From an uncultured Thermoplasmatales archaeon (lineage in GTDB: Archaea; Thermoplasmatota; E2; DHVEG-1): a stretch of 64,000 nt of DNA. The notes beneath the pieces were generated by a model. It made no database searches, had not been told where the DNA came from, and worked only from the letters and a program-made list of their open reading frames with translations. This document shows positions 1-10,454 of this stretch, one piece after another. The translations under genes and the position numbers were made by a program. The stretch covers positions 3,257 through 67,256 of the forward strand of contig CAZWQV010000004.1 of NCBI GenBank assembly GCA_964636235.1, in the 5' to 3' direction. Numbering within the stretch: the stretch's first letter is position 1; each line of letters starts with the position of its first letter.

Positions 1-2
1 CA

Positions 3-158
3 TTAGCTGAGAAGTATACTTCCAAACCAATCGCTTTTCAACGAATGGGAATTCATGATCAATTTTGTGAAAGTGGAACGCCTGATGATCTTTTTGAAAA
101 ATATAAACTAAATGAAAAATATATTGTAAAAAATATTCAACAACTATTGAAACATTAA
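3..158 (+). CDS. Transketolase C-terminal subunit/domain, 3' end (partial)
   Basis: Translated by hand: LAEKYTSKPIAFQRMGIHDQFCESGTPDDLFEKYKLNEKYIVKNIQQLLKH*. Matches the R-x-G-x-x-D-x-F-x-ESG-x-P-x-x-L-x-x-KY tail of transketolase C-terminal domains. Stop TAA at 156-158. Confidence 0.75.
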   Translation, partial: LAEKYTSKPIAFQRMGIHDQFCESGTPDDLFEKYKLNEKYIVKNIQQLLKH

Positions 159-1267
159 CGATTTATAATAACAGTAAGGACATCTTGATCACATAGTTTA
201 TGATCTAATCCTACTTTTTGTCCAGGATATTTTGCAGAGGGTCCCCAGACTTGAGCATATCGAAATTTTGTTTTAAACTCTCGATGGATTTTTTTGCAAA
301 CTGATGCCACTGTTTGATTTTTCTTCAGAATCATTGGGACATCATAATCAGGTTTCTTTCCTTGTGGTTTCATATAGATCCGTATCAATTCAAGGGAATC
401 ATAAATAAAATCCTTTAAGGTGTTTAATCCCGTTCCCTTTTTTGCTGATATTGCATGTACTTTCCACCCTTCATTATGTAATATTGATTTTAATTGTTGC
501 ACGCTCTTTTTATCACTTAGATCAATTTTATTAATAACTGCAATGGCAGGAATATATGTACGATTTTTAACAAATGCATCAATCAATTGATTTTCATCAA
601 TATCTTCTCTGATAATGATGTCTGCATTTGTTACATATTCTGATGCAATTGAATACATCGTTTTTTCTTGCATTTTTGTCATTTTTATCGGAGTATGAAT
701 AGAGATACCGCCTTGTTTGGAAGGTGTTATTACCACATCAGGTGGTTTTTGATTCAATCGTATCCCTGCAATTTGAAGTTCATCAGTCATTTGTTTAATA
801 TGACTTTTATGAGTTATATCAATCAATAAAATAATAAGATCAACTGTTCGGATGGCTGCAAGGATTTCTCTACCTCTTCCTTTTCCTTTTGCTGCACCAA
901 TGATAAGTCCTGGAAGATCAAGGATTTGAATATTAGCTCCTTTATGCTTCATCATTCCTGGGATAACATCAAGAGTTGTGAATTCATAAGAGGCAACATG
1001 ACTATCAGCCTCTGTTAATTGATTTAATAATGTACTTTTTCCAATGCTTGGAAATCCGATAAGCCCAACCGTTGCATCCCCGGATTTTTTTATAGAAAAA
1101 CCTTTCCCTTTCACTCCAGATGAGCTTTGTTTTTCTATTTGTTCTCTTAATCGAGCTATTTTTGCTTTTAATTTACCGATATGGTGTTCAGTAGCCTTGT
1201 TTTTTTGTGTATCGAAAATTTCATCTTCAATATCCTTGATTTGTTTTTCAATTGATGCTGTATCCAT
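155..1267 (-). CDS. DRG/Rbg1-family GTP-binding protein (Obg superfamily) with TGS domain
   Basis: TQKNKATEHHIGKLKAK N-terminus, GFPSIGKST P-loop, YEFTTL, DLPG, NKID, C-terminal TGS (WGPSAKYPGQKVG). Confidence 0.95.
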   Translation of the reverse strand: MDTASIEKQIKDIEDEIFDTQKNKATEHHIGKLKAKIARLREQIEKQSSSGVKGKGFSIKKSGDATVGLIGFPSIGKSTLLNQLTEADSHVASYEFTTLDVIPGMMKHKGANIQILDLPGLIIGAAKGKGRGREILAAIRTVDLIILLIDITHKSHIKQMTDELQIAGIRLNQKPPDVVITPSKQGGISIHTPIKMTKMQEKTMYSIASEYVTNADIIIREDIDENQLIDAFVKNRTYIPAIAVINKIDLSDKKSVQQLKSILHNEGWKVHAISAKKGTGLNTLKDFIYDSLELIRIYMKPQGKKPDYDVPMILKKNQTVASVCKKIHREFKTKFRYAQVWGPSAKYPGQKVGLDHKLCDQDVLTVIINR

Positions 1268-1312
1268 ATGAGTTGAAAGTGAAATACTAGATGGGGTTTA
1301 TAAAAAGTAGGA

Positions 1313-2248
1313 TTACTTATTGGTAATATGGGTTCCTGTTTTTCCCTTTAATGCATAATACCCATTATTAATATCGGTTATGATCACTTTTTTTCCACCA
1401 GTTTGAAGAAATCGGATGGCAGATAGTATTTTAGGCCCCATACTTCCTGGCGGGAAATGACCTTGCTCATAATATTTTTTTATCTCGGATAGAGAACAAT
1501 CATCAAGATCCTTTTGTTTATTAGTATTATAAAATAAAGATACTTTTTCAACGTTTGTAAGAATCATAAAAAGATCTGCATGAATTGCTTCCGCGAGTCT
1601 CTCAGATGCTAAATCTTTATCCACTACTGCTTCAACACCATCTAAACCCCAGTTTTCTTTTTTAATAACTGGTAAACCTCCGCCACCTGCAGCAATAACA
1701 AATATATCATTTTCCATGAGCGATTTAATTATATCCCCCTCAATTATTTTAATTGGATCTGGTGAAGGAACAACTATCCTCCATCCTTGAGGTTGTTTTG
1801 TAATTTGATATCCCTGTTTTAATAAATGCTGAGATTCATCTTCTGTATAATAAGGTCCGATTGGTTTTGTAGGGTTTTTCATGGTAGGGTCACGTTCATC
1901 AACAAGGACTTGGGTTATTAATGAAATGACAGGTTTAGTGATATGTGCTTTTGTAAATGCATTATATAAGCATTGTTGGATCATATATCCTATCAAACCT
2001 TGACTTTCGGCCACACAAATACCCAACGGCATGGATGGTACGATATCTCTTGCTTTATTATTTTGCAAGAGGATTGCTCCAACTTGTGGGCCGTTTCCAT
2101 GAGTTAAAACGATTTTCATATTTTCTTGTATCATCTTGACAAGAGTTTCTGAAAATTCTCTAGTATTTGCAAATTGCTCATAAATGGTTCCTTTTTGATT
2201 ATTCTTTATGAGGGCATTTCCACCAAGTGCAACTATTGCTCTTTGCAT
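1313..2248 (-). CDS. arcC: Carbamate kinase
   Basis: VALGGNAL, THGNGPQVG, PTKPIGP, RIVVPSP, GGGGLP, EAVVDKD, GSMGPK. Start taken at MQRAIVALGG. Confidence 0.95.
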   Translation of the reverse strand: MQRAIVALGGNALIKNNQKGTIYEQFANTREFSETLVKMIQENMKIVLTHGNGPQVGAILLQNNKARDIVPSMPLGICVAESQGLIGYMIQQCLYNAFTKAHITKPVISLITQVLVDERDPTMKNPTKPIGPYYTEDESQHLLKQGYQITKQPQGWRIVVPSPDPIKIIEGDIIKSLMENDIFVIAAGGGGLPVIKKENWGLDGVEAVVDKDLASERLAEAIHADLFMILTNVEKVSLFYNTNKQKDLDDCSLSEIKKYYEQGHFPPGSMGPKILSAIRFLQTGGKKVIITDINNGYYALKGKTGTHITNK

Positions 2249-2348
2249 AATTAACATATGGGCATTATTATATTGTTTTTAAATGTTTAGAAGGAAAACC
2301 GATTCAAAAAGATAAATTTTAATATTTCTTCAATTATTAAATCTTGCA

Positions 2349-2990
2349 ATGGACCTAAATGATAAAAGAATGTTATTGGTTAGACAATTACAGAAAGAAG
2401 GAAGGATTAATTCAGAAAGGGTTGCTCATGCTTTTTTGAATATATCAAGAGAATTATTTATTCCCAGTCATTTAGCGCCAGCTGCATACGCTGATACTCC
2501 ATTGCATATTGGCCATGATCAAACCATTTCGGCACCTCATATGGTTGCAATTATGGTAGAAGAGTTAGATATCCATAAAAATCAAAGGATTTTGGAGATT
2601 GGAACTGGATCAGGTTATCATGCTGCAATTGTCTCTTATCTTGTTGGAAAAGAAGGCCATATATATTCAATAGAGAGAATACCTGCATTAGCTGAGACAA
2701 GCAAACAAAATCTATCAAAAGCAGGTATTACTAATGTAACTGTTATTTGTACAGATGGTTCAAAAGGATATGAGAAAGAAGCACCATATGATCGAATTTA
2801 TGTAACTTGCGCATCGCCAGGAATACCAGATCCACTTATAAAACAATTAAAGGCAAATGGGAAATTATTGATTCCAGTAGGCGATCGTTTTTGTGATCTT
2901 CAAAGATTAATAAAAAAAGATGATAAAATACATATCGACCACTTGGGAGGATGCTCATTTGTTCCTCTCATTGGTAAGTATGGATATTGA
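2349..2990 (+). CDS. pcm: Protein-L-isoaspartate O-methyltransferase
   Basis: QTISAPHMVA, LEIGTGSGY, APYDRI, FVPLIG. Confidence 0.95.
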   Translation: MDLNDKRMLLVRQLQKEGRINSERVAHAFLNISRELFIPSHLAPAAYADTPLHIGHDQTISAPHMVAIMVEELDIHKNQRILEIGTGSGYHAAIVSYLVGKEGHIYSIERIPALAETSKQNLSKAGITNVTVICTDGSKGYEKEAPYDRIYVTCASPGIPDPLIKQLKANGKLLIPVGDRFCDLQRLIKKDDKIHIDHLGGCSFVPLIGKYGY

Positions 2991-3110
2991 ATATGTTATA
3001 ATAAAAACCAATTGATATTTAGTAATTATTTTATATAAAGCGAAATATTTTTATTATCTTTGCATATTTGTTATTGAACATACTTTCCTGTTTTTCGGGA
3101 GGCTGGAAAA

Positions 3111-6100
3111 ATGGTGATGGAATATCATAGTGAATATAAGATTTTAAAAATTACAACCGTTTTAATAATTGTTTGTCTTATACTTCTCAGTTCTTTTCAA
3201 ATACAAATTATTGATAATGCACATGCAACTCGATATATTTCAACTGATAACTCAGGGAGAAATGCTGTAATTCTTACTAATAATGGATTTGGCGGTAAAT
3301 CGAATCTATTGACCTGTGGAGAAGTGATAAGTTTATTAGTGGTAAACAATAGTTTACAACCCTACCAGAATTATACCGTTAAAGTATGGAATGGGACTGA
3401 ATGGATTTCCTGTTATATTATTCAAAATACTTCAACATCTGATAAATATGGTGATTTATCTATCCAATTTCATGTTCCAGGGTTCCAAGAACTACATAAG
3501 CATCCAATGAAAGATAATGGGTTTGGTAATGAAAAGTATCATGGATTATGGAATATTTCATTATGGAACTCTGGGTCTAATGGTTCCCAGATATGGAATG
3601 GATTGAATATTACAATTGCTATTGGGAACTTATATCAAGTTTATCTTACTTGGGAAGAAGATGATCCATATAAGAATCATTTTGACTCTCTATTATATAA
3701 TCATCAAGAATCTTTTTACGTACATGTAAGAAATTGGACTGGGAACTTAGGTTGGCAAAATATCTACAATGATGAACATGGAATAGGGGCTTGGAATTTA
3801 TCTGTTTTTTCACCAGTTGGAGGAAATCCGATTCAGTTCATATCAAATATTCATGCAAATAATCAATTTATAACTCTTACTACAAATAATAGTTATCTTC
3901 CGTCCAATCCAGATCAATTTGAATATATGTATACTGTTAATGTGAGCAAATATAATTCAGGCTCTTCTTTTCATTCCAATATTACTCTTCCTATAAAATT
4001 AAATGTAACTGCTTCATATCCAAGTAATGCAACTTGGGGTGATACACTTGATATAAATGGTTATGTGTTTGATGGTAACGATACTGGGATAAGCGGATAT
4101 ATGATTCAATTATATGCGCCTACAGCAAGGGGGGTGAATGGTGGATATGTAACTGCTTTCTCCATTGAGACCAATTCTACAGGGGGATATTCTATGGTCA
4201 TAGAAACAGGGCCTGATACTGGATATGCAGCGGGTATCTGGTATCTTGGAACATATAATAGTGGAGCAATTCCACCTAGAATCAACGAATCAGATCACCC
4301 TCCGTACATCTCTAGTTTTATCCCTTATCATTCTTTTACCTTGAACACAAAAGATGACGTTAACCTTTCAATCATAAATACAGATAATATCATATCAAAT
4401 TTTACGCAAACCATTAATGTATCAGTTTATAACTCTTCTTGGATGTGGAGTGGATTAAATGATTCATATAACGAGTATAAACATATGATATTTCAGGTAA
4501 CAGGTTTGGAAAGTTGGGATGGTAACCAGCGATATAATAGAGAAGATATTGTTCCCGTGAATGCAAAACGTACAAAAGTTGATACCAATGAAGAATATGC
4601 GTATTATGAATTCAACTGGACATTTAATGAAACTGGCAATGTTACATTATGGGCAAGTTGGCCAGGTAATTTAACAGATTATCAAGGTGAGGACTCATCA
4701 TATAGTAATACCTATAATGAATCCGTACAAATGTTGGCAAATATTACTGGATTTACATCTTTTATTGTTGTTACACCAAATGAGATGAATTTAGAAGTTT
4801 CTGATAATTTCTTACCAAGAGTGCTGGTCTCTGAATCAGAAGAAAATTGGAAAAATACAAGTCAGATAATTACACTGAATGTATATGGTAATTCATCTGA
4901 AAGAAAGATGAATGCAACAATTACTATTTCTGGTTGTGGTCTTGATATGATAATTAAAGAGGATGATACTGTTGCCAGCAATGAATATCTAATCGCAAGA
5001 AGTACTGGCCAATATACTCTTAAGGTCCAACCAAAAATAGCTGGAACTTTAACGATTACTGCGACAAATAAAACTAAGGGAACAAGTGTTACCAAGGATT
5101 TTTCCATAAAAGGTTTAGTTGGTAGTGTTACAACATCAAAAGGAGATGATATTAGTATTACGGTTGGAACTACTGAGACTATTACAGTAACGATAACAAA
5201 TGGTAACTTTGCTGCGGTACATCTAACGTATTATGATTTATCATGGTCAAATCCAAATAGTTTGAATATTACAATTGGTGATGGTACATCTGGTGCAGGT
5301 GCAAATGGCCGATTTACATTTGTCCCAAATCTGGGTGAATTAGGAAATGTTGGCTTTATAGTAGTTGCGGCAAAAGCCGGTTTAAATTATTATATGTATG
5401 AAATAATAAAAATTGAACCGATTTATGATCTAACAATTGAGATGATTAGTCCCATTTCGGTAAATGAATCATTTACGGTTGGTATGCAAGTAGATATCAT
5501 GCTTCAACTTCTCGATGATGAAGGCAATCCAGTGATTGAAGATATGCCACATGTAATTGGTAAATATGTAGATAACAGACACAATGAACACTATCCTCTT
5601 CAAACTATTACATTTAGTCAAATGGGGCCATATTGGGTTGCATCAGATGTGTTTTTTTGGAAGTCAGGTACATTTATTGTTCGTGGTTATAATGCAAGTA
5701 TGGGAATGAGACATGAGGGACTGCATTCTATAAAAGTTACACAAGCAAGAATTACTTATGATCCTCCTACTACCACTGCGGGTATTGGATTAAAAAATCT
5801 TACCATATCGGTTTCAGGTAACGATGCCAATGGAAATCCATTACCTGAAGGTACTCAGTTATATTTTTGGTGTAAGGATTCAGAAGATGCCGCAGTTGGA
5901 GGGAACAGTTCTAATACAAATGCAGTAAATTTTAAACAAGGATATGAACAAATAAGTTTAGATGCCGATGGGAAAGGATTTTTTATTTTAGAGGAGGTTG
6001 GAGATAATAGAACTGTCATTAATGCAAGCATACAAGATAATAATCCATCTGAAGGAAATGATACGTTTGGGTATTTTACTATTGATTATCCTGATTTTAT

Positions 6101-6983
6101 CATTGATCCTGAGGTAATTTATGTTGGTCAACCCAATGTTGTCAATATTACTGCAAAAGATGTAAATAATCAACCAATTGAAGGAATCAATCTGACCTTT
6201 TATTCCTCTATTTCGGGAATAATTCCAGAACAACCCAATCCAATAGAAACTGATGAGAATGGTACCGTAACATTTACGATAAATCCAGTTGGAATAGGAG
6301 TATTAAATGTAACCATTGTAAGAAATATTACTATTCATAATGGACAAATAAACTGGACAAATGCAATAATTACAGATCAGGTCCTTTCAATTGATATATT
6401 AAAACCTATGAAAATGTCGCTATCTCAAGGAAAAATATATGAATCAGATACTTTGATTGTTACCATAACATCTGAAGGTAAGGCATTATCAGATGTTACT
6501 GTAAAGTTTGCACAATCAAAAAAACAAACTAACGCTCAAGGTCAAACTAGCTTTACTGCACCTAATCCTATTTCCAATTCAGCAGTATATACTGTGTCTG
6601 CAGAAAAAAGAGGGTATATGACAACTGAAAAAAGTGTAACTGTATTAAAAGATATTTATGAACCTTTCATTGAGTTTATTAAACCGATGAAAGGATTATA
6701 TTTTTTTAATGTTAAAAGAATTCCATTTCCTTTTTATAATCCAATAATATTAGGTGATGTTGATATTATTGTAAGGGGGTATGATAAAGGATCTGGAATT
6801 GAACGGGTTGAGTTTTATATTGATGGGGAATTTAAACATACTTCATATGAGAGCCCATATACATATACATGGTCGTTTGATACATTAATACAATTTGGTT
6901 TTCGATATCAAATTAAAGCAATTGGTTATGATAATGCAAATAATTCAAATGAAATTGACCTTACAGCATGGCGATTATTATAA
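3111..6983 (+). CDS. Large secreted/surface glycoprotein with Ig-like beta-sandwich domains (S-layer-like candidate)
   Basis: N-terminal hydrophobic signal ending AHA, Thr/Asn/Gly-rich beta content, about 45 N-x-S/T sequons counted by eye, C-terminal Ig-like domain (SGIERVEFYIDG...PYTYTW...KAIGYD). SD GGGAGG upstream. Confidence 0.7.
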   Translation: MVMEYHSEYKILKITTVLIIVCLILLSSFQIQIIDNAHATRYISTDNSGRNAVILTNNGFGGKSNLLTCGEVISLLVVNNSLQPYQNYTVKVWNGTEWISCYIIQNTSTSDKYGDLSIQFHVPGFQELHKHPMKDNGFGNEKYHGLWNISLWNSGSNGSQIWNGLNITIAIGNLYQVYLTWEEDDPYKNHFDSLLYNHQESFYVHVRNWTGNLGWQNIYNDEHGIGAWNLSVFSPVGGNPIQFISNIHANNQFITLTTNNSYLPSNPDQFEYMYTVNVSKYNSGSSFHSNITLPIKLNVTASYPSNATWGDTLDINGYVFDGNDTGISGYMIQLYAPTARGVNGGYVTAFSIETNSTGGYSMVIETGPDTGYAAGIWYLGTYNSGAIPPRINESDHPPYISSFIPYHSFTLNTKDDVNLSIINTDNIISNFTQTINVSVYNSSWMWSGLNDSYNEYKHMIFQVTGLESWDGNQRYNREDIVPVNAKRTKVDTNEEYAYYEFNWTFNETGNVTLWASWPGNLTDYQGEDSSYSNTYNESVQMLANITGFTSFIVVTPNEMNLEVSDNFLPRVLVSESEENWKNTSQIITLNVYGNSSERKMNATITISGCGLDMIIKEDDTVASNEYLIARSTGQYTLKVQPKIAGTLTITATNKTKGTSVTKDFSIKGLVGSVTTSKGDDISITVGTTETITVTITNGNFAAVHLTYYDLSWSNPNSLNITIGDGTSGAGANGRFTFVPNLGELGNVGFIVVAAKAGLNYYMYEIIKIEPIYDLTIEMISPISVNESFTVGMQVDIMLQLLDDEGNPVIEDMPHVIGKYVDNRHNEHYPLQTITFSQMGPYWVASDVFFWKSGTFIVRGYNASMGMRHEGLHSIKVTQARITYDPPTTTAGIGLKNLTISVSGNDANGNPLPEGTQLYFWCKDSEDAAVGGNSSNTNAVNFKQGYEQISLDADGKGFFILEEVGDNRTVINASIQDNNPSEGNDTFGYFTIDYPDFIIDPEVIYVGQPNVVNITAKDVNNQPIEGINLTFYSSISGIIPEQPNPIETDENGTVTFTINPVGIGVLNVTIVRNITIHNGQINWTNAIITDQVLSIDILKPMKMSLSQGKIYESDTLIVTITSEGKALSDVTVKFAQSKKQTNAQGQTSFTAPNPISNSAVYTVSAEKRGYMTTEKSVTVLKDIYEPFIEFIKPMKGLYFFNVKRIPFPFYNPIILGDVDIIVRGYDKGSGIERVEFYIDGEFKHTSYESPYTYTWSFDTLIQFGFRYQIKAIGYDNANNSNEIDLTAWRLL

Positions 6984-7042
6984 TATATTGTTTGTAAATG
7001 AGTAAAGAAAAAGACATATTAAAATATATATTAATATGTATT

Positions 7043-7546
7043 TTATAGCTTATAGCCAATATCCCGTAGTAATTTTTTTCTATGGACAATATCATCTTTA
7101 TTTTCTATGCCAACCGGGCTATGTCCATCAATAACCCCAAGAATACCACGCCCGGGTTGATCTTTATTTGGAGCACTTGCAATAATCACACGTGTGGGAT
7201 TTGCTGTTGCACAGAAAATACTGCAGACTTCTGGAACTTGTTTAATATTTCGTAATATGTGGAGTGGAAAACATCCTTCCATAAATATGATGAATGAATG
7301 GCCGGCTCCAATGTTCATTGCATTTTTTTCAGCAAGTTTTTTTAGTTTATCATCGTTTCCAATACTTCTTACTTTTCGGGCAATACTAGCTTCACAGAAT
7401 GCAATTCCAAATTTCGCGTTAGGTACACTATTCATAATAGCTTCATATAAATCTTCAATTGTTTTAACAAAGTGAGATTGACCCAAAATAAAATTCATAT
7501 CCTCAGGTTTCTCAATGTCAATAAGTTCCAATGTCATCTCATTCAT
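7043..7546 (-). CDS. Adenosine-specific kinase family protein (DUF355/Ta1353-like)
   Basis: ILGQSHFVKTIEDLYE, FGIAFCEAS, GAGHSF, CATANP, RGILGVIDG. Confidence 0.9.
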   Translation of the reverse strand: MNEMTLELIDIEKPEDMNFILGQSHFVKTIEDLYEAIMNSVPNAKFGIAFCEASIARKVRSIGNDDKLKKLAEKNAMNIGAGHSFIIFMEGCFPLHILRNIKQVPEVCSIFCATANPTRVIIASAPNKDQPGRGILGVIDGHSPVGIENKDDIVHRKKLLRDIGYKL

Positions 7547-7627
7547 AGCATGTTCACCTCTTTATAAAAACCATATTAAAAATGATTATACTATATCCTT
7601 ATTTAAATGTCATGGAAAACATTACAA

Positions 7628-7903
7628 TTAAAAAACTGGTCTTTTGGTTAATACTGATATCATTTTCAAAGCAGTAAAAAATGCAATAATGAGAGCCATT
7701 GAAAGTACAATCAACTCAATATGTGCTTCACCATAACCATTAATATTTGCTATGAACATGAAATTGTTATAAAAATATGCATGTAGAAAACTAAGATATA
7801 AAACAATCGAATTAGCAAGTAAAATAAGTATGCCAAGAATACAAATGCTTAATTTTACATGTTCTTTCGTATTGTCACCAATATAATTGGTAACATTCCT
7901 CAT
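7628..7903 (-). CDS. Small membrane protein (2 TM), unknown function
   Basis: 91 aa ORF with two hydrophobic segments around INGYGEAHIE. Confidence 0.55.
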   Translation of the reverse strand: MRNVTNYIGDNTKEHVKLSICILGILILLANSIVLYLSFLHAYFYNNFMFIANINGYGEAHIELIVLSMALIIAFFTALKMISVLTKRPVF

Positions 7904-7966
7904 TAATTACCGTTCTTGAACAATTATTATCTAAAAAAATAAAAAAGAGAGAAAATGGTGGTTGGT

Positions 7967-8594
7967 TTATTCTTCTTCATGGTCAAAATATAGATATCCC
8001 ATCTTAAAAAGAATAATAAAAGCGATAATTGCTGCTGCGATGATACCTGCAATGATTATAATCCATGGTATTTCACCTACGTTTTCTGTACCAGATGATA
8101 CTCCAATAGCAAATGTTGAAAGTCCGGGAGTTATTGCATCATAGTAGGTATATGTTTCATCCTTACTGGTAGCGGTTGTGGATAATGTTTGCCAGTTATT
8201 ATTATGATATCTTAGAAGAACAATATTTTTTTGATCAATATTATGATTTTCTAACCATTCATTTTCTACTTTTTATGAAAGAGTAAGACTCTTTAAATCT
8301 TCATCCGCGACATTTGTTGATATATCTATGTACATGTATACTGTGTTTGTTGGTTCTGAAATTCCCCCTGGTTTGGTATCATAGTTTTCATAATGATAAT
8401 ATTTGTCATCAACATCCTACGTTGGACTTCCATGTGCATATGCGGTCATTTTTATTGCAGTCGTTCCATCATCTTCTGCACTAACTGAAGGTAAAAAACG
8501 GCAGAAAATATTAAAATTGTTATCATAATCGCTAGAAAGAATGATATCAGCTTCCTTTTAATTTTAGAGATGTATTTGATTGAATTCCCATCAT
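7967..8594 (-). pseudogene. Disrupted PGF-pre-PGF domain surface protein with C-terminal TM anchor
   Basis: Minus frame reads VYMYIDISTNVADEDLKSLTLS*KVENEWLENHNIDQKNIVLLRYHNNNWQTLST...YYDAITPGLSTFAIG...EIPWIIIIAGIIAAAIIAFIILFK. In-frame TAA at 8273-8275 and TAG at 8417-8419. The signal peptide (KIKRKLISFFLAIMITILIFSAVF) is in a shifted frame. SD GGAGG precedes ATG at 8594. Confidence 0.8.
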
Positions 8595-8745
8595 CCTCGC
8601 CTCCTATTACAGATATAAAAATTCTTATATATATCTATCAGTTTTTAAGGCATAAAAAACAATATAGAATTACTTAAATATATTTCGATATTATGGGAAA
8701 TTTTTAATATAATATAGATAATATTAATAAATTAATCCTATAAAT

Positions 8746-10005
8746 TTATTTTTTACATTCAAAATATGATGTTGATCCTCTAGGGGAGACAAGAATAGAT
8801 GCGTTTTTTCCCGTAATACTGTATGCTTTCCTCAATGCATCCTCTGGAGTTTTAGCTGGAATAAAACCAAGTTTATCCTTAACAAAACCATCTTGTAATT
8901 CAGATACGAGGATGACGGTATTTTTTTCAATTGCTTGTCTATGATAAAATGCCTTATGAGCACCTAATTTGAAATTCTTTTCAAGTAATACTTGGATTTC
9001 AGCAGCTGAAGAATGATTTTCAAGCCAGGTTGCATAGAGATCATTTCCTATTCCTTCGGGGCATTCTGCTATAAGGATAACCACGCCCTTTTCTCTTACT
9101 ATTTGAGATGCGGTATAGAGTGCTTTTAATGATTGATATAAATTTATGTCATGGGGGCTTCCATCTGCTGCAGAAATTACAATATCTGGTTTCTGACACA
9201 GATTCATTTTAAACATCTCATCAACAAGGGCAATTCCTTTTTCCATCACAAGTTTTGGATCACCGGCCCATAAACCAACGATATCATGATGTGAATTCAA
9301 TACCGCACTTAATGCAAAATCGCATCCAGCCATATCCATGGCCTCAATCATTTCCTTACTTATTGGATTGGTATCATATATGCCCATGACTGCATCTGAG
9401 TGAAACATCATTGCATGATTTGTTTGAATACTTTCTGCTGAAGAAACGCCAGGTAACACACTTTTCCGTGTTCCTCCATACCCCGCATAATAATGATATT
9501 CAATATCTCCAACAAGAATTTTAATATCTGCTTGGATATATTCCTTCAATACACAAATTTTGTTTCCATATGATGAAGTTCCTAAAGAAAGATATGCTCC
9601 ATTTTTTACATCATTACTGATAACCGCATAATCATTTACAATTTCTTTACCAAGGATTTGAATCATCTTTTCATAATCTGGTGGTGTATGAGTTCCAGTT
9701 GCAATGATAATGGTAATATCAGTTTTGTTGATACCACATTCAATTAATTCATTCAACAAAGGTGGGAGTAACTGTTTTGTTGGTGCTGGTCGAGTATAAT
9801 CATCAACCACAATAACGACTTTCTGACCTTTAGAAACAACTGTTGATAATGGACCAACCCCCAGTGGATTTTTTATAACAGAGGTGATAAATTTATTTAT
9901 ATTTTCTATTGCTGGAGATTCTTTTGGATGTGCAACAATAACACTATCATTATCATTTAAAAAAAGCGGAAGATGCGATTTTCCATAGGGAAGTGCAATT
10001 TCCAT
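8746..10005 (-). CDS. larA: LarA-family nickel-pincer-dependent racemase/epimerase
   Basis: LPYG start, DDYTRP, ATGTH, HYYAGYGGTRKS, TNH, DINLYQSLK, AECPEG. Substrate not determinable. Confidence 0.85.
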   Translation of the reverse strand: MEIALPYGKSHLPLFLNDNDSVIVAHPKESPAIENINKFITSVIKNPLGVGPLSTVVSKGQKVVIVVDDYTRPAPTKQLLPPLLNELIECGINKTDITIIIATGTHTPPDYEKMIQILGKEIVNDYAVISNDVKNGAYLSLGTSSYGNKICVLKEYIQADIKILVGDIEYHYYAGYGGTRKSVLPGVSSAESIQTNHAMMFHSDAVMGIYDTNPISKEMIEAMDMAGCDFALSAVLNSHHDIVGLWAGDPKLVMEKGIALVDEMFKMNLCQKPDIVISAADGSPHDINLYQSLKALYTASQIVREKGVVILIAECPEGIGNDLYATWLENHSSAAEIQVLLEKNFKLGAHKAFYHRQAIEKNTVILVSELQDGFVKDKLGFIPAKTPEDALRKAYSITGKNASILVSPRGSTSYFECKK

Positions 10006-10032
10006 AATAAAAGAGAATAAAAGAAGGATTAC

Positions 10033-10215
10033 TTAGTGTTTTGCGTAGAATTTGCTCCAACGTACTCTTCGAGGAACTCGATTTAATTTCAGCATGTTTT
10101 TTTGACATTTGCTTGTACAAAAATGAAAAACACTTCCATCTCTTTTACAATATAGTTTTCCAGTACCAGGTTCTATTTCATTTCCACAAAATGAACAAGT
10201 TCTTCTTTCAACCAT
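10033..10215 (-). CDS. rpl24e: 50S ribosomal protein L24e
   Basis: CSFCGNEIEPGTG...DGSVFHFCTSKC...PRRVRW. Confidence 0.97.
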   Translation of the reverse strand: MVERRTCSFCGNEIEPGTGKLYCKRDGSVFHFCTSKCQKNMLKLNRVPRRVRWSKFYAKH

Positions 10216-10235
10216 GCATTATTACCTTCTTTATT

Positions 10236-10445
10236 TTATCTTGGACCACCAAGACTTTTAGCTTCACGTTGGGTTTCACTGAGCATCAATATGTCGCCTA
10301 ATTGAACTGGACCCATAACGTTTCTTGTAATTATCTTCCCTTTGTCCATTCCATCGAGAACACGCAGTTTTACTTGTTGGGCTTCGCCAGCCATACCCGT
10401 GCGATGGATGATCTCGACTACTTCACAGGGTGTTCCTTCAACCAT
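10236..10445 (-). CDS. rps28e: 30S ribosomal protein S28e
   Basis: EVVEIIHRTGMAGEAQQVK...RNVMGPV...ETQREA. Conserved position between L7Ae and L24e. Confidence 0.97.
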   Translation of the reverse strand: MVEGTPCEVVEIIHRTGMAGEAQQVKLRVLDGMDKGKIITRNVMGPVQLGDILMLSETQREAKSLGGPR

Positions 10446-10454
10446 GGTATATCA

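Noticed and set aside
7962..8144. 60-aa plus-strand ORF
   Set aside because: It is the antisense shadow of the PGF-pre-PGF pseudogene's TM region.
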